Source of the DNA: a virus
Taxonomy: Duplodnaviria; Caudoviricetes
Length of the DNA stretch: 64,000 nucleotides
Direction: 5' to 3' (one strand)
Virus record (IMG/VR): IMGVR_UViG_3300014019_000001
Coordinates: 1-64,000 of that record
The notes beneath the pieces are model-generated. The model did not search any database. It worked only from the letters and a program-made list of their open reading frames with translations, and was not told where the DNA came from. Both the position numbers and the translations under genes were made by a program. This document shows, in pieces, positions 19,801-28,662 of the stretch. Every line of letters starts with the position of its first letter. Position 1 is the stretch's first letter.

Positions 19801-21488
19801 TAGTGCTGATCGGCCTCGATCATCTCACGGTCGTAGCTCGACTTGATCAGGTTCAGCTTTCGCTCGACCTGTTCGTTGAACCTCGTGAGAGCCTTGTTGT
19901 CCTCGCGCTCGCCAGCCTCCTGAATCAGGCGCTGGTGACGCGCCTTCGCTTCCTCAAGCTCCTTGGTGGTCTTCTCGATTTCCTCAGTCCATTTGCCGGG
20001 CGAGGCCATCGTGGAGGCTGCCTGCATTGCTGCAAGCCGCTCCTCGAGAAGATGGATCTGAGCGGTCGAAGTTTCCTCCGCCTGCCGGCGAGACTCGCCA
20101 CCGAACTTCACAAGTTCGTCGTAGGCGGTGCTGATCCGATCGCCGAACCACCCGAAATACTGGCCAGCGGCATAGACAGCCATACCGAGGCCGGCGATCC
20201 AGGGCGCAAACGCAGCACCCGCCATGAGCACGCCGCGAATACCTGCCCCCAGGGTGCTCATGGCAGCACCGATACGAACAGCCGCCGGCGCACCGGAGTT
20301 CGCCGCGATGGTCCAGTAATTCATCTGGGTGCCGGCGATGCCGAACTGAACACCAACGAGCTTCAGCTCATTGCGGAGCGTGCCAAGAGCAGAGCCGAAT
20401 GCGCCGAGTCCCTTGAAGAGCAGGTTGGCGCCAAAGACCATTGCCGCAGCCTGGGCGACATTTGCGATCTCGCGGCGGAACGCGACGAGCTGATCGATGG
20501 CTGCGCGCACCCACTGCACACCCTTAGCCATCGCGTTGCCAAGCTGATCGGCATATGCCTGAGCTCGCGGCGAAGTCAGAAATTCATTCAGGTCCCGGAG
20601 TTGATCCTTCAGGGCGCCGTCGAAGAACTTCAGGCGAATGGTGTCAGAGGTCGCCAGCAGCTCAAGCTGGGTCTGAGTGCGTTGAAGCTGACCGTTGAAG
20701 GTCTGCATCATCTGCTTCGCGCGGCCACCAAAGGTGCGTTCAAGCTCGCCGAAGAAGGCCGTCAAGGCTGCCTTCGACTCCACACGCCCGGTCGAGATAT
20801 CCTTGATGAGCTGAGCCATGGAGACGCCCATGGAGCGCGCCATAAGCTCCATGGCACGCGGCATGTGCTCGGCGATCTGCTGGCGCATTTCTTCCATCTG
20901 GACGACGCCCTTACCGGACATCTGCGAAATACCGACCAGCGTGCGCTTCATCTGCTCTTCGCCGCCGCCGAACGCCGTAATGCCGTCCGCCAGCGCGTCG
21001 AGCGCACCCTTGGTCGGATCAATGCCGGTTGCGTTCAGGCGCACGAAGCCGTCAGTGATGGATTTAAGCGTGAAAGGCATTTCCATTGCCTTTTCACGCA
21101 GCCAGGCCACGTTTTGACCGGCCTCTCGCAGCGGATCGCTCGAACGAGCCATGCCGCGCATCTGGAAGTTCAGCTTCTCGAACTCGGCGTTGATCCGAAC
21201 GATCGAACCCATCCAGGAATTCTGGACGCTGGCGACCTTGGACATGCCGAGGGAGAGCATTCCCGTGACGATCGACACATCGCGCAGCGTCGAGAGGAAG
21301 CCCCTACTCGTGCTGTCTGCCTTGGAGATCGAGGAAATGACGTTGATACCGGCCTGGTTTAGCGCCGTGAGAGCGGCCGATCCGCGTGCGACGTTCTGTT
21401 GGAAACGGCCGATTGTCTCTCCGGCATGAATCATGCGGGAGACAAACTGACCGTCTGCAAGTTCCAGTTCGACGCGGATCGCTGTCAT
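16827..21488 (-). CDS. Tape measure protein with internal M15-type peptidase domain
   Basis: 1553 aa; tape-measure N-domain (QMSGKGVVQMEEMRQQ), long helical repeats, SEHAFGNAIDINP..WGGDW..DAMHFE, C-terminal FHSGG..GEVPIIAQEGEGV. Confidence 0.95.
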   Translation of the reverse strand: MTAIRVELELADGQFVSRMIHAGETIGRFQQNVARGSAALTALNQAGINVISSISKADSTSRGFLSTLRDVSIVTGMLSLGMSKVASVQNSWMGSIVRINAEFEKLNFQMRGMARSSDPLREAGQNVAWLREKAMEMPFTLKSITDGFVRLNATGIDPTKGALDALADGITAFGGGEEQMKRTLVGISQMSGKGVVQMEEMRQQIAEHMPRAMELMARSMGVSMAQLIKDISTGRVESKAALTAFFGELERTFGGRAKQMMQTFNGQLQRTQTQLELLATSDTIRLKFFDGALKDQLRDLNEFLTSPRAQAYADQLGNAMAKGVQWVRAAIDQLVAFRREIANVAQAAAMVFGANLLFKGLGAFGSALGTLRNELKLVGVQFGIAGTQMNYWTIAANSGAPAAVRIGAAMSTLGAGIRGVLMAGAAFAPWIAGLGMAVYAAGQYFGWFGDRISTAYDELVKFGGESRRQAEETSTAQIHLLEERLAAMQAASTMASPGKWTEEIEKTTKELEEAKARHQRLIQEAGEREDNKALTRFNEQVERKLNLIKSSYDREMIEADQHYNELANKARESGGDVQKVEEERREAYSKAQKKFYEDQIRELEGMLLWEKEVEKYASGEAKKQALERVNSLRGRLRQEKEALQNFQASTVPLLAKVQDPNSAYDKGEKALQRLKESIAGVKAEIAGTSPELAKLQEMLATNKFGDMGREEVQALAEDIRRATAELEAFEELRQGQKDAERDLKNIEKRLFDREMELLEKQQGRTITEGERFILRMNNGAYKGLGPASEIAKALEGVYGRLDIAGSKSNQLGDVLQNNVFGDPTQNKIQGVNDKLRETTLILDQIGQGLNGINFSGLAMPQGTGTLPVAHLPVEAIAAWTGQGGYTSGANLMSGNMSAWGNPRAPGWAAENITSIGFSNGMQAQVHKAAAAAFQGFVNELIDQGYNVKSIGGYNLRNKRGKNSLSEHAFGNAIDINPATNPMDDRLITDMPKNISALAAKWGLSWGGDWKSVKDAMHFEWRGDPNVGRGPTVAAAAALNSGKNAAPTYDPGLEASMQAQIAERVAASEKLKTAAENLQSKETDLLSKEQKQGRADYLEKLKSKAEEAAKGIEGTGKNLKELQDEIRSGKLGSKDLEAPEYKELIAAAKELDRVEADRAKRKSAMSKADSGAEQFKQRQIELARRVEEANARMLDPLEKKSSSAYRSLRQDLDDYLADVERAYGRETEQYRQALALRETMLRQHRNMEASEAGAKWAKETSDINRNLMSESQRRQIALQEEIARIDAEVAAFQGSEQEKVRIVAAAEAQKAALRRQAAAAASPITGMLQQWGDLQTNLANATQSWMNSLADGLTNLIMGTGDLRQVIQGILKDVINMGIKYMMSQIWSGMGNKAGAPNMGQKGFGGKGKQLAGAATKGKAGVFHGGGIVGAAAVHRAVNPGIFVGAKKFHSGGIVNAMGNLAGPKLGRGEVPIIAQEGEGVFTPEQMANMGGFSQTTFAINAPVTVNGSAGTHEQNQDLAKQMAKQMEATMRGVVADEMRKQTRPGNFANNRNR

Positions 21489-21490
21489 TT

Positions 21491-21895
21491 CTACCCTTCG
21501 GCTTCCGTGTCAGTAATCACTGACTTAGGTTTTCGTGCCGGAGGCGCCCTGCCCATCAGGGCGTGAAGCGCCTCGCGGTTGAATTCGGGATCGAGACTGT
21601 CATCGTCCATGTCGAGAACCGGAGTGGTCTGCTCGAAGACGAGGATCTGACCCATTTGTCGTTGCAGACGCTCGACGGACGCCGTGTAGCCTTCCTGCGA
21701 GGTCGCCGTGGCGAGAAGCTGGATCGTCCTGAGATCGTCTTCAGCTTGGAGGCGATCAATCTGCCGGAGCAGATAGAGGAATCGCTTCCATTCGAGCCGG
21801 AACAGCTCCTCGAAACCGAATTTGTAGAACCTCAGAACGCGGGCAAACTGGTATCCGAAGTCGACGGACGTCAGCTTGCCGCTGATGCGTTTCCC
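21491..21895 (-). CDS. Tail assembly chaperone GT extension (-1 frameshift product)
   Basis: Slippery GGGAAAC (21889-21895, minus strand); -1 frame open GKRISGKLTSVDFG...EAEG* to TAG at 21491. Confidence 0.8.
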   Translation of the reverse strand, partial: GKRISGKLTSVDFGYQFARVLRFYKFGFEELFRLEWKRFLYLLRQIDRLQAEDDLRTIQLLATATSQEGYTASVERLQRQMGQILVFEQTTPVLDMDDDSLDPEFNREALHALMGRAPPARKPKSVITDTEAEG

Positions 21896-22206
21896 TCGGC
21901 GTCCTCCTCGACCGTTTCGACCTTCTCGCCGTTGGCCGTCATCGCGAAGTCGGCGATGGCCTTGATCTGGATGATCGTGAGTTCGTCCAGCTCCTTCGCA
22001 GGGATCGTCGGGAAGGCTCGCTTCACAACGTTCATGGCAACGCGCATTTCGTCAGCCACGGTGGCGTTCATCGCCAGACCTTCGAGATCCTTCATATTCT
22101 GGAGAAAGGTTTCGACGCTGGCGACCTTGAGCGAATGCTCCTTGCCGTTCAACTTGATGACAAACTCAGACTTGGCGGCGACGGCATCGAGGTCGAGATA
22201 CTGCAT
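21871..22206 (-). CDS. Tail assembly chaperone G
   Basis: Lies between tail tube and tape measure genes; start MQYLDLD; ends just after the slippery site. Confidence 0.85.
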   Translation of the reverse strand: MQYLDLDAVAAKSEFVIKLNGKEHSLKVASVETFLQNMKDLEGLAMNATVADEMRVAMNVVKRAFPTIPAKELDELTIIQIKAIADFAMTANGEKVETVEEDAEGNASAAS

Positions 22207-22233
22207 TTGGATAAAGCTCCGTGGGTTGAATGG

Positions 22234-22266
22234 AAAGGCCGACACCCTGAGAGCGTCGGCCTTTTT
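22234..22266. terminator. Rho-independent terminator after major tail gene
   Basis: AAAGGCCGAC-loop-GTCGGCCTTTTT hairpin. Confidence 0.7.
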
Positions 22267-22298
22267 GGTCTTAGGCTAAGTCAGCCGTTAGTTACCTT

Positions 22299-22814
22299 TT
22301 AGGCCGCAGCAGTGTCGTCGCCGACCGAGAAGATCTCGCCGTCTGCGTCGGCATAGCCCTTGAAGTTGGCGACGAAGACGCGCTCGTCGTCGAGCTTGTA
22401 GGCGAAGTTCAGCGCGCCGGGGCAGGCTGCCTTGAAGACGGTGAAGTCGTCCTCGCCGGACGTGCCCTTGGGGCGCAGAACGAGCTTCTTGGCGACATCG
22501 AGCAGCGAGGTCGAAACGCCGGTCGTGACGACGACCTTCTTCTTGGTCGGATCCGTGCCGTCGGTGACGAGCGTGGCGCCCGGCATGATCTTGACCAGGT
22601 TGTCGAGGGTCGTTTCGGCCAGGGGAACCTTGACCGTGACCGTGCGACCGGTGATCAGTTCGTTGATGGGCGTCTCACCCATCTGGTCGACCTTCACTTC
22701 ATGAGTGGAGGTCTGAACTTCAACTTCGACGCCGCCCTTGGTGAAGCCAAGGTCGACCTGATCGAAAAGAACGGAGCAGACTCCGAGTTTCACATTCTCC
22801 GTGGACGACGCCAT
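22299..22814 (-). CDS. Major tail (tube) protein
   Basis: VKLGVC..DLGFTKGGVEV..VDQMG motif; position before chaperones. Confidence 0.88.
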   Translation of the reverse strand: MASSTENVKLGVCSVLFDQVDLGFTKGGVEVEVQTSTHEVKVDQMGETPINELITGRTVTVKVPLAETTLDNLVKIMPGATLVTDGTDPTKKKVVVTTGVSTSLLDVAKKLVLRPKGTSGEDDFTVFKAACPGALNFAYKLDDERVFVANFKGYADADGEIFSVGDDTAAA

Positions 22815-22918
22815 GGCATTATTCCTTCTTTGCGGAGGCAACAGTAAGTAATCACTTATGATACCTCGCGCGAAGAGACGGATCAAGCTATTTAGCTAAA
22901 TCGCGAAATACCTAAGCT

Positions 22919-23335
22919 TCACTTCGGCTGAATGGCAAAAGCGGTGGTGAAGTTCAGAGACCACTCGAATCCATTGCCATCGAGCCGAGGAAACTGAATT
23001 GGCAGCGTCGACGGGTAGAAGACGTGGATACGCACCCTTCCCCGCCTTGCCGCCTCTGGGAAGTCTTCCGGCTCATCAATCTGAAGAGCGGCCACCACTT
23101 CATCGGCGAGGATGCCACCGAGCTCCGGATCTACATGCCGGACAATCGCCTGCAGGCTGGGCTTGTGGAAGCCAGGCAGGTAAGGATCGACCGGGATGCC
23201 CGTGAGTGGGTTCTTGAACATGACGCCCTTGCTCGCATCCGCCGGCATCGTGTGCCGAAAGAGTGTGGAGCCCGGCACGGCCGGAACCGACAGATTTGCG
23301 TCGATGAGCTTCTGCTCCAGGATATCCCAGATCAT
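22919..23335 (-). CDS. Tail terminator / completion protein
   Basis: Position and size; C-terminal EWSLNF. Confidence 0.65.
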   Translation of the reverse strand: MIWDILEQKLIDANLSVPAVPGSTLFRHTMPADASKGVMFKNPLTGIPVDPYLPGFHKPSLQAIVRHVDPELGGILADEVVAALQIDEPEDFPEAARRGRVRIHVFYPSTLPIQFPRLDGNGFEWSLNFTTAFAIQPK

Positions 23336-23338
23336 GCC

Positions 23339-23806
23339 TTATCCTTTGATTGCGCTGGTGACGACCGAAACCAGATGCTTTGTGAGCGTCTGCTGTTCCT
23401 TTTCTGCCGCGCGCTCCAGAAACTTCTCCCCGATCACATGATCCGGGTATTGCGCCTGCTTTTCCTTGGTGCCGGCGCGAGCCATCGGGTTATCGTTTGG
23501 CTCCACAATGATCGAATTGTAGTTCTCATGGATGATCAGCGCATACTGGGCGACGTTGACCCCGTTGATGGTGGGCACGATGTCAATGTCGAGCTGAAGG
23601 CGGCCGCGCTCGCCGACGGTCCTGACGATCTGAATCGCCTCCTCCAAGTTCCATTTATCTCGAGGCGCGTTGATGCGTGCCTCGTCACGGATGCGCAATG
23701 CGGCGCGACGCATCGCGCCTCGGGCTGTATCGACCACGCGCGACGACGTGTGGCGCAGCTCAGCGCGCACCTGATCGACACCTTTGATGGTCAGCCCGAC
23801 CTTCAT
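23339..23806 (-). CDS. HK97 gp10-like tail completion protein
   Basis: AP.D..NLE.AI, YALIIHE and KFLERA motifs. Confidence 0.8.
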   Translation of the reverse strand: MKVGLTIKGVDQVRAELRHTSSRVVDTARGAMRRAALRIRDEARINAPRDKWNLEEAIQIVRTVGERGRLQLDIDIVPTINGVNVAQYALIIHENYNSIIVEPNDNPMARAGTKEKQAQYPDHVIGEKFLERAAEKEQQTLTKHLVSVVTSAIKG

Positions 23807-24147
23807 TGAGGCTGGACCTCCATATCGACCTCGTAATGATCCAGCTCACCAGTGACCGTGTAACGCGGATGGATCGCTACAACGCGATAAAGGACCTCGA
23901 GGTGCTCGAAGCGATCCTCAAAACCCGGCTTGATCTGCTTCACAATCAGGATCTTTGCCTTAGAGATGAGCTCGTCGGCAGAACCACGCGAGGCCGAGGA
24001 GTCGGCGCGCACGTTGGTCTTGTCCGTCTTCACGTTCAGATTCACCGGGGCGAACGGGCAGTCGATCGGCGGCGCATATGTCGGACGAGCATGGATGTCG
24101 CGCCCGGTCAACTTGTGGAGCTTGCCGATCTGGTTAGGCCGGAACAT
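23803..24147 (-). CDS. Head closure / head-tail adaptor
   Basis: Small beta-rich protein in head-tail block; start MFRPNQ. Confidence 0.6.
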   Translation of the reverse strand: MFRPNQIGKLHKLTGRDIHARPTYAPPIDCPFAPVNLNVKTDKTNVRADSSASRGSADELISKAKILIVKQIKPGFEDRFEHLEVLYRVVAIHPRYTVTGELDHYEVDMEVQPQ

Positions 24148-24907
24148 GCGCATCCTCCATCGCCAGAACGGCGTTCGAATTCGGATGGAAAATCGTGTCG
24201 CGGATCTCGGAGTAGGTCGGCAGATCGGCAGAGGACGAAAACGCGATGAGCGTGTCGTGGGACTCGGCGTTCGGATCCAGATGAACCACCCGCGCACGGC
24301 GCAGGCCGTGATCGGCGAGCGTCAGCATGACCGTCTCGTTGTAGACCGACAGCAGGGAGTGACGCCAAAGAGTGCGCACGAACTTCCTGCTCGACCATTT
24401 CCGGTTCGTCCGATCATGAAAAGCGAATTCCAGATCGGCGCTGTTGCCGATCCGATATTCAATGAGCGCCTGGCGCTGACTGATGCCGCGCGAGCGAGAC
24501 GCCGCGTAGACCTCCAGCGATACGCGCTGAAGCTCCCGTCGCATAAGGGCGATGTCGCGATTGATCTGTGCAAGAAGCTCGTCGGTGGCATAGCGCAGAG
24601 CAGCGCTCAGGTGCTCGGTGACGCGCTCCGTCAATTCATCTGCGTCGTTGCTCGCAATTTCACGCAGCGTCGTCTGGTGAGCTTCTCTTGCGATTTCCTG
24701 AAGCAGGCGCTCAGCATGCTCCATCTCCTGCGAGAGATAGGTCTGCGCCATACCCAAAGCTTCAGCGATGAAGCGCGCCGCATGAGTGGATGTGCCGAAC
24801 GCGAGATCGTTGAGCGCCCGAGAGAAGTGCGCCTGCCAGCTATCAGCCAGGAGGCCGTATCGAGCGGCTGCCTGGTCCGCCTCCTGGGTCAGTCGATATT
24901 GGATCAT
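24134..24907 (-). CDS. Putative minor head / morphogenesis protein
   Basis: Helical protein ending FHPN, reminiscent of MuF-like minor capsid proteins; head block. Confidence 0.5.
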   Translation of the reverse strand: MIQYRLTQEADQAAARYGLLADSWQAHFSRALNDLAFGTSTHAARFIAEALGMAQTYLSQEMEHAERLLQEIAREAHQTTLREIASNDADELTERVTEHLSAALRYATDELLAQINRDIALMRRELQRVSLEVYAASRSRGISQRQALIEYRIGNSADLEFAFHDRTNRKWSSRKFVRTLWRHSLLSVYNETVMLTLADHGLRRARVVHLDPNAESHDTLIAFSSSADLPTYSEIRDTIFHPNSNAVLAMEDAHVPA

Positions 24908-25707
24908 GCGCGAGCGATCCGATGATTGTAGTAGATGTGCCCGGTCAGATGCTGAAGCGTAGCAGACGAGACGCCGTGTTCGACCTTGCCGGCGCGGAGC
25001 ATCATCGAGCTTTCGCCAATGGTCTCAGACAGAATGCCGGCCCGGTGCTTCTTGGCGATGGGGTCGCCCTCCAGCAGTTCGTTGGCTTCGGTGAGCTGGG
25101 CCATGCGCAGCGCTTTGCGGAAGTAGGCCGGCCATGCCATGAACTCGTCTTCCGTGACCGTGGGCCACGCGGAGCGCATGATGATCGTTTCTTCGGCGAA
25201 GATCTCCGAGCGATCGCGCAGGTTCTCCGCTTCAGCGGTCTTGAATTTCATAGGGATGCGCGTCAGTCGATTGAAGGCTTCGACTAGCGCGACGTAGCGC
25301 TGCTCCTCAGACGCGCCTGACCAGCCGGAAATATTGGTCATATCGCGCGCAAGGATCTCGGCGCTTTCGAGCGTCTGGAAGGAGTTGGTCATCACCTGGA
25401 GACGGAATTCGCCCTCGATGACATAGGAGAATGAGCGCCGAATGACGCCCTTATCCGTGACCAGGCCGACGCGCAGAATGCGGCCAGCCGAGAGCTGGCC
25501 AACCCCGAGGACATTCAGCGCGGCCGGAATGATAATCTCCTTCGAGCCCTCATCGGGATCGAAGGGTAGATTGGGCATATCCAGCAGCATCTGATCGTCG
25601 CCATCGAAAAGCTTGGCATTCACTTCGACCGGAACGACGGGGTTGTTGTTCAGATCGGTGAACGGAAACGTGACAGCGACGTTATATTCCTCGGGGTAGA
25701 GCTTCAT
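24904..25707 (-). CDS. Head-tail connector protein
   Basis: NSF.T..A..W..ALV.A..L and SETIGESS motifs typical of connector families. Confidence 0.65.
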   Translation of the reverse strand: MKLYPEEYNVAVTFPFTDLNNNPVVPVEVNAKLFDGDDQMLLDMPNLPFDPDEGSKEIIIPAALNVLGVGQLSAGRILRVGLVTDKGVIRRSFSYVIEGEFRLQVMTNSFQTLESAEILARDMTNISGWSGASEEQRYVALVEAFNRLTRIPMKFKTAEAENLRDRSEIFAEETIIMRSAWPTVTEDEFMAWPAYFRKALRMAQLTEANELLEGDPIAKKHRAGILSETIGESSMMLRAGKVEHGVSSATLQHLTGHIYYNHRIARA

Positions 25708-25710
25708 GGC

Positions 25711-26535
25711 TTATTCCTTGGGCAGCCGACGTTCCAGCTCTGCACGGATAAGATCCTCGCGATCAGCGTCCGGCAGAGCATTCCATTCGGCGGCCGTGGC
25801 GCCAGAAAGCTGATGTGCAACGCCGACCAGCTCGCCAAGCGTGACGGTCTTGCCATCGATCTCATAGGACGATGCAAGGACGGACGAGCCGAGAAGCGTT
25901 TCGCCGGCCTCCGACTGATCCTGCACGGATGCGGTGATGGCGGCGGACATGTCGCCGGAGATTGCGGCGTCGATCACGTCGGCCGCCGGCTGCTCCACCT
26001 TTTCCTCGACAATCTCGTCTTCGGCTTCCTTTTGAGCTTCAACAGCAGCCCTGATGGTGCCGTTCTGCTTTTCAAGGAATTTATTCTGCGCTTCGAGGAT
26101 CAGTTCGATGAGCGCCGGAATGGCCTTGCCCTTGACGTTCCAGGGCTCAGCCACGACGCGCAGACCCTTGATGCCCTTCTCGTCTGCGAGCGCCTGAAGC
26201 TCTTCGTGCGTGTAGAAGGTTTCGGCCGGAGACTTCGACTCCTTCAGCTTGATCTGAAGATCTTCGGCTTTCCGTTCGGCCTCGGTCTGGCGCGGAAGCG
26301 ACTTGTGAATCTCCGCGCTGCGTGTGGCGGAGTCGCGCAGGAGGCGCGGCACAACGCCGGCTTCGCCGAGCTCATTGCCCTCGTCATCGAGTTCGATGAG
26401 CGGCATGGCGGCAGAGAGGCGATCAGCAATGCGCTGCGGAACCGGTTCGATGGACACGCCATCCTTGAAGTTCACCGTGCCGATCAGGCCGGTATAGCCA
26501 GCCCATCGAGAGCCGGAAAGTTTCAGTCGCTTCAT
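25711..26535 (-). CDS. Hypothetical head-associated protein
   Basis: Follows the capsid gene; GYTG..G.V.F.DGVS N-terminus; HeH-like ELQALAD.KGI segment. Confidence 0.6.
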   Translation of the reverse strand: MKRLKLSGSRWAGYTGLIGTVNFKDGVSIEPVPQRIADRLSAAMPLIELDDEGNELGEAGVVPRLLRDSATRSAEIHKSLPRQTEAERKAEDLQIKLKESKSPAETFYTHEELQALADEKGIKGLRVVAEPWNVKGKAIPALIELILEAQNKFLEKQNGTIRAAVEAQKEAEDEIVEEKVEQPAADVIDAAISGDMSAAITASVQDQSEAGETLLGSSVLASSYEIDGKTVTLGELVGVAHQLSGATAAEWNALPDADREDLIRAELERRLPKE

Positions 26536-26556
26536 ATGAGCCTCTTGGGTGAATAG

Positions 26557-26584
26557 AAAAGGGGCAGGAAATAATCCTGCCCCT
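26557..26584 (-). terminator. Rho-independent terminator after capsid gene
   Basis: AGGGGCAGGA-loop-TCCTGCCCCTTTT on minus strand. Confidence 0.8.
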
Positions 26585-26616
26585 AATATTAAGTCATCGA
26601 TTACTTATGTGCAACC

Positions 26617-27516
26617 TCAGACGTTGATACCCTTCAGGCGGCCGACGGAGTGCGTGGCCTTGAGAGCCGTGCCGCAATACCATTTCACGCGCCAGCGCGA
26701 GGCATCCTTGTTTTCGAGCGTGCCGAGCGACTCCAGGCGAATGCCGGCAGAGGCGCCGCCGAAGAGACCATGGAAGCCATCGGCTTCGTTCAGGCGCAGC
26801 GCGTAGACCGAGGTCGTGTCGTTGTTCGTGCCCTGCGTTTCATCCAGCGGGATGAAGTCGTTCATGATGATCGGCGTGCCGTCGTAGGCGGGAATCGGAC
26901 GGCCGAAGTTCTCGATCATCATCATGTCGGCGGTGTTGCCGCCGAAGGCACGGTTGAGTTCGCGAATGGCGAGCCAGACCTTCGGATGCATCATGAGAAC
27001 GTCGGCGCCGAGCTTGACGATCTGCTTCAGTTCATCCAGGGCGCCGAAAGACACAGCAGCACCGTTGGCGCCGGCGGTCAGGGTCTGATCGGCGGGCATC
27101 AGCTTGCGGATGCCGTCGAATTCCTTCGGATTGACGGCGGAGTCACCGGTGATCAGCGTGCGGCGGAACTTGCGGCCCAGAGCCTTCGCCTTGGCGGCGA
27201 TCTGGATGGCAACCTGGTCGTTCAGGTTGGACTGAACTTCGGTGGTGAAGTTGTCCATGTCGACCTGACCAGCGAGCACCTTGAGACGGGTGTCGACCGG
27301 CACGAAGGTTGCCGCGCCTTCCGGCACGTCTTCGTATTCGGAGAGGAACTGACCTTCGGAGAGCGTGCCCTCGCGAACGTAAGAGTAAACCTTGTCCTTC
27401 GCTTCCACGAAGGGCACGAGGGCGAAGAGCTCATCGTTGTCGATGATCTCCTCGATAACGCCACGCTGCCGGTCTTCAATCGACAGCTTGTTGGCTTCTG
27501 CGACGAGCAGCGGCAT
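26617..27516 (-). CDS. Major capsid protein (HK97 fold; SSU5/pHCM2-like)
   Basis: MPLL..EA.KLS..GVIE.II..D.LFA..PF, KEFDG, RWRVKWYCG..LK; highly biased codons; follows scaffold. Confidence 0.9.
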   Translation of the reverse strand: MPLLVAEANKLSIEDRQRGVIEEIIDNDELFALVPFVEAKDKVYSYVREGTLSEGQFLSEYEDVPEGAATFVPVDTRLKVLAGQVDMDNFTTEVQSNLNDQVAIQIAAKAKALGRKFRRTLITGDSAVNPKEFDGIRKLMPADQTLTAGANGAAVSFGALDELKQIVKLGADVLMMHPKVWLAIRELNRAFGGNTADMMMIENFGRPIPAYDGTPIIMNDFIPLDETQGTNNDTTSVYALRLNEADGFHGLFGGASAGIRLESLGTLENKDASRWRVKWYCGTALKATHSVGRLKGINV

Positions 27517-27646
27517 TTGGAACTCCTTGTAGTCGTTTGCCGTCAAGATACGTAAGTAATGACTTATCATAACCTGACGGCAAACCTATTTACAAGCAGA
27601 TTTTTTACGTAACCGCTTACTTATCTGTTATATAGCCAAGTTTGGC

Positions 27647-28588
27647 TTACTTCTGGCCGGAATTCAGACCAGCCAGAATACGCGAGGCGCCGTAGAGCTC
27701 GCCCTTCTTCGCCTCGGTTTCCTGGGTCGACTTGGTGCCAGGCGTGTGCTTCGAGGCGGCGCCGGGCGTAACCTTCGCCTTCAGAAGCGTGTCCTTGTCC
27801 GGATCAGCGTCCACGATCTTGCGGAGCGCGGCGTCGAAGGAAAGCGGCTCACCGGATGCATCGACGAGCGGCGTGCGATTGGCGGCGCCGGCCGGCTTGT
27901 CATAGGGAATGCGCTTGCCGTCCTTCACCTCGAAGTAGCTGCCGTAGAGCACACGGGCCTTCGTCGGGGTCAGCACCAGATCGTCCTTGATGAAGGTCGA
28001 GGTGGCAAAGTCGTTGCCGATCGTCAGATTGTCGACGTCGCCGGCGAGCCGCTTGATCTGACCTTCGAGGGCCTTCTTCTCCTCGGCCCAGGTCTTGCGC
28101 TCGGCCTCGCGCTCCTCGGCGATGCGCTGCTTGAGGCGATCGAACTCACCCTTCGCTTCGAGATCCTTTTCCTCGCGCTGCTTCTCGGCCTCGATGAGAG
28201 CCTTGACCTTATCCAGGTCGATGCCCTTGAACTTGTCGGCCTCGGCACGCGCGGCGGCGAGCTGCTCTTCGGTTTCCTTGAGCTTGCCCTTCTTCTCCAT
28301 GACCTCCCGGAGCAGCTTCTGCTTCTCCTTCTCGGCCTCGGACATGTTCTTTTCGGCTTCTTCCTGCGCCTTGCGCTCGGCTTCGGCCTTCTCAGCAGCA
28401 GCCTTGTCGGCGGCGGCTTTTTCTTCAGCAGCCTTTGCAGCAGCAGCTTCAGCGGCGGCCTTGGCGGCAGGGTCCTCGTGACCGGTCTCATCCGGCGGCG
28501 CCAGGAACGGCTTGGGGCCGATGCCCGACATCAGGGTTGCGATGCCCATACGCGGAAGGACAGCGTTCATTGCAGCAGACATTTTCAC
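27647..28588 (-). CDS. Capsid scaffolding protein
   Basis: Lys/Glu/Ala-rich coiled coil between portal and capsid genes. Confidence 0.8.
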   Translation of the reverse strand: MKMSAAMNAVLPRMGIATLMSGIGPKPFLAPPDETGHEDPAAKAAAEAAAAKAAEEKAAADKAAAEKAEAERKAQEEAEKNMSEAEKEKQKLLREVMEKKGKLKETEEQLAAARAEADKFKGIDLDKVKALIEAEKQREEKDLEAKGEFDRLKQRIAEEREAERKTWAEEKKALEGQIKRLAGDVDNLTIGNDFATSTFIKDDLVLTPTKARVLYGSYFEVKDGKRIPYDKPAGAANRTPLVDASGEPLSFDAALRKIVDADPDKDTLLKAKVTPGAASKHTPGTKSTQETEAKKGELYGASRILAGLNSGQK

Positions 28589-28662
28589 TCCTTTGACCAG
28601 TATCTCGGTCGATCTTCATTTTTGCCCGGTATCTTGGGCGTTCCGTTCGGCCTGACGGCCGG

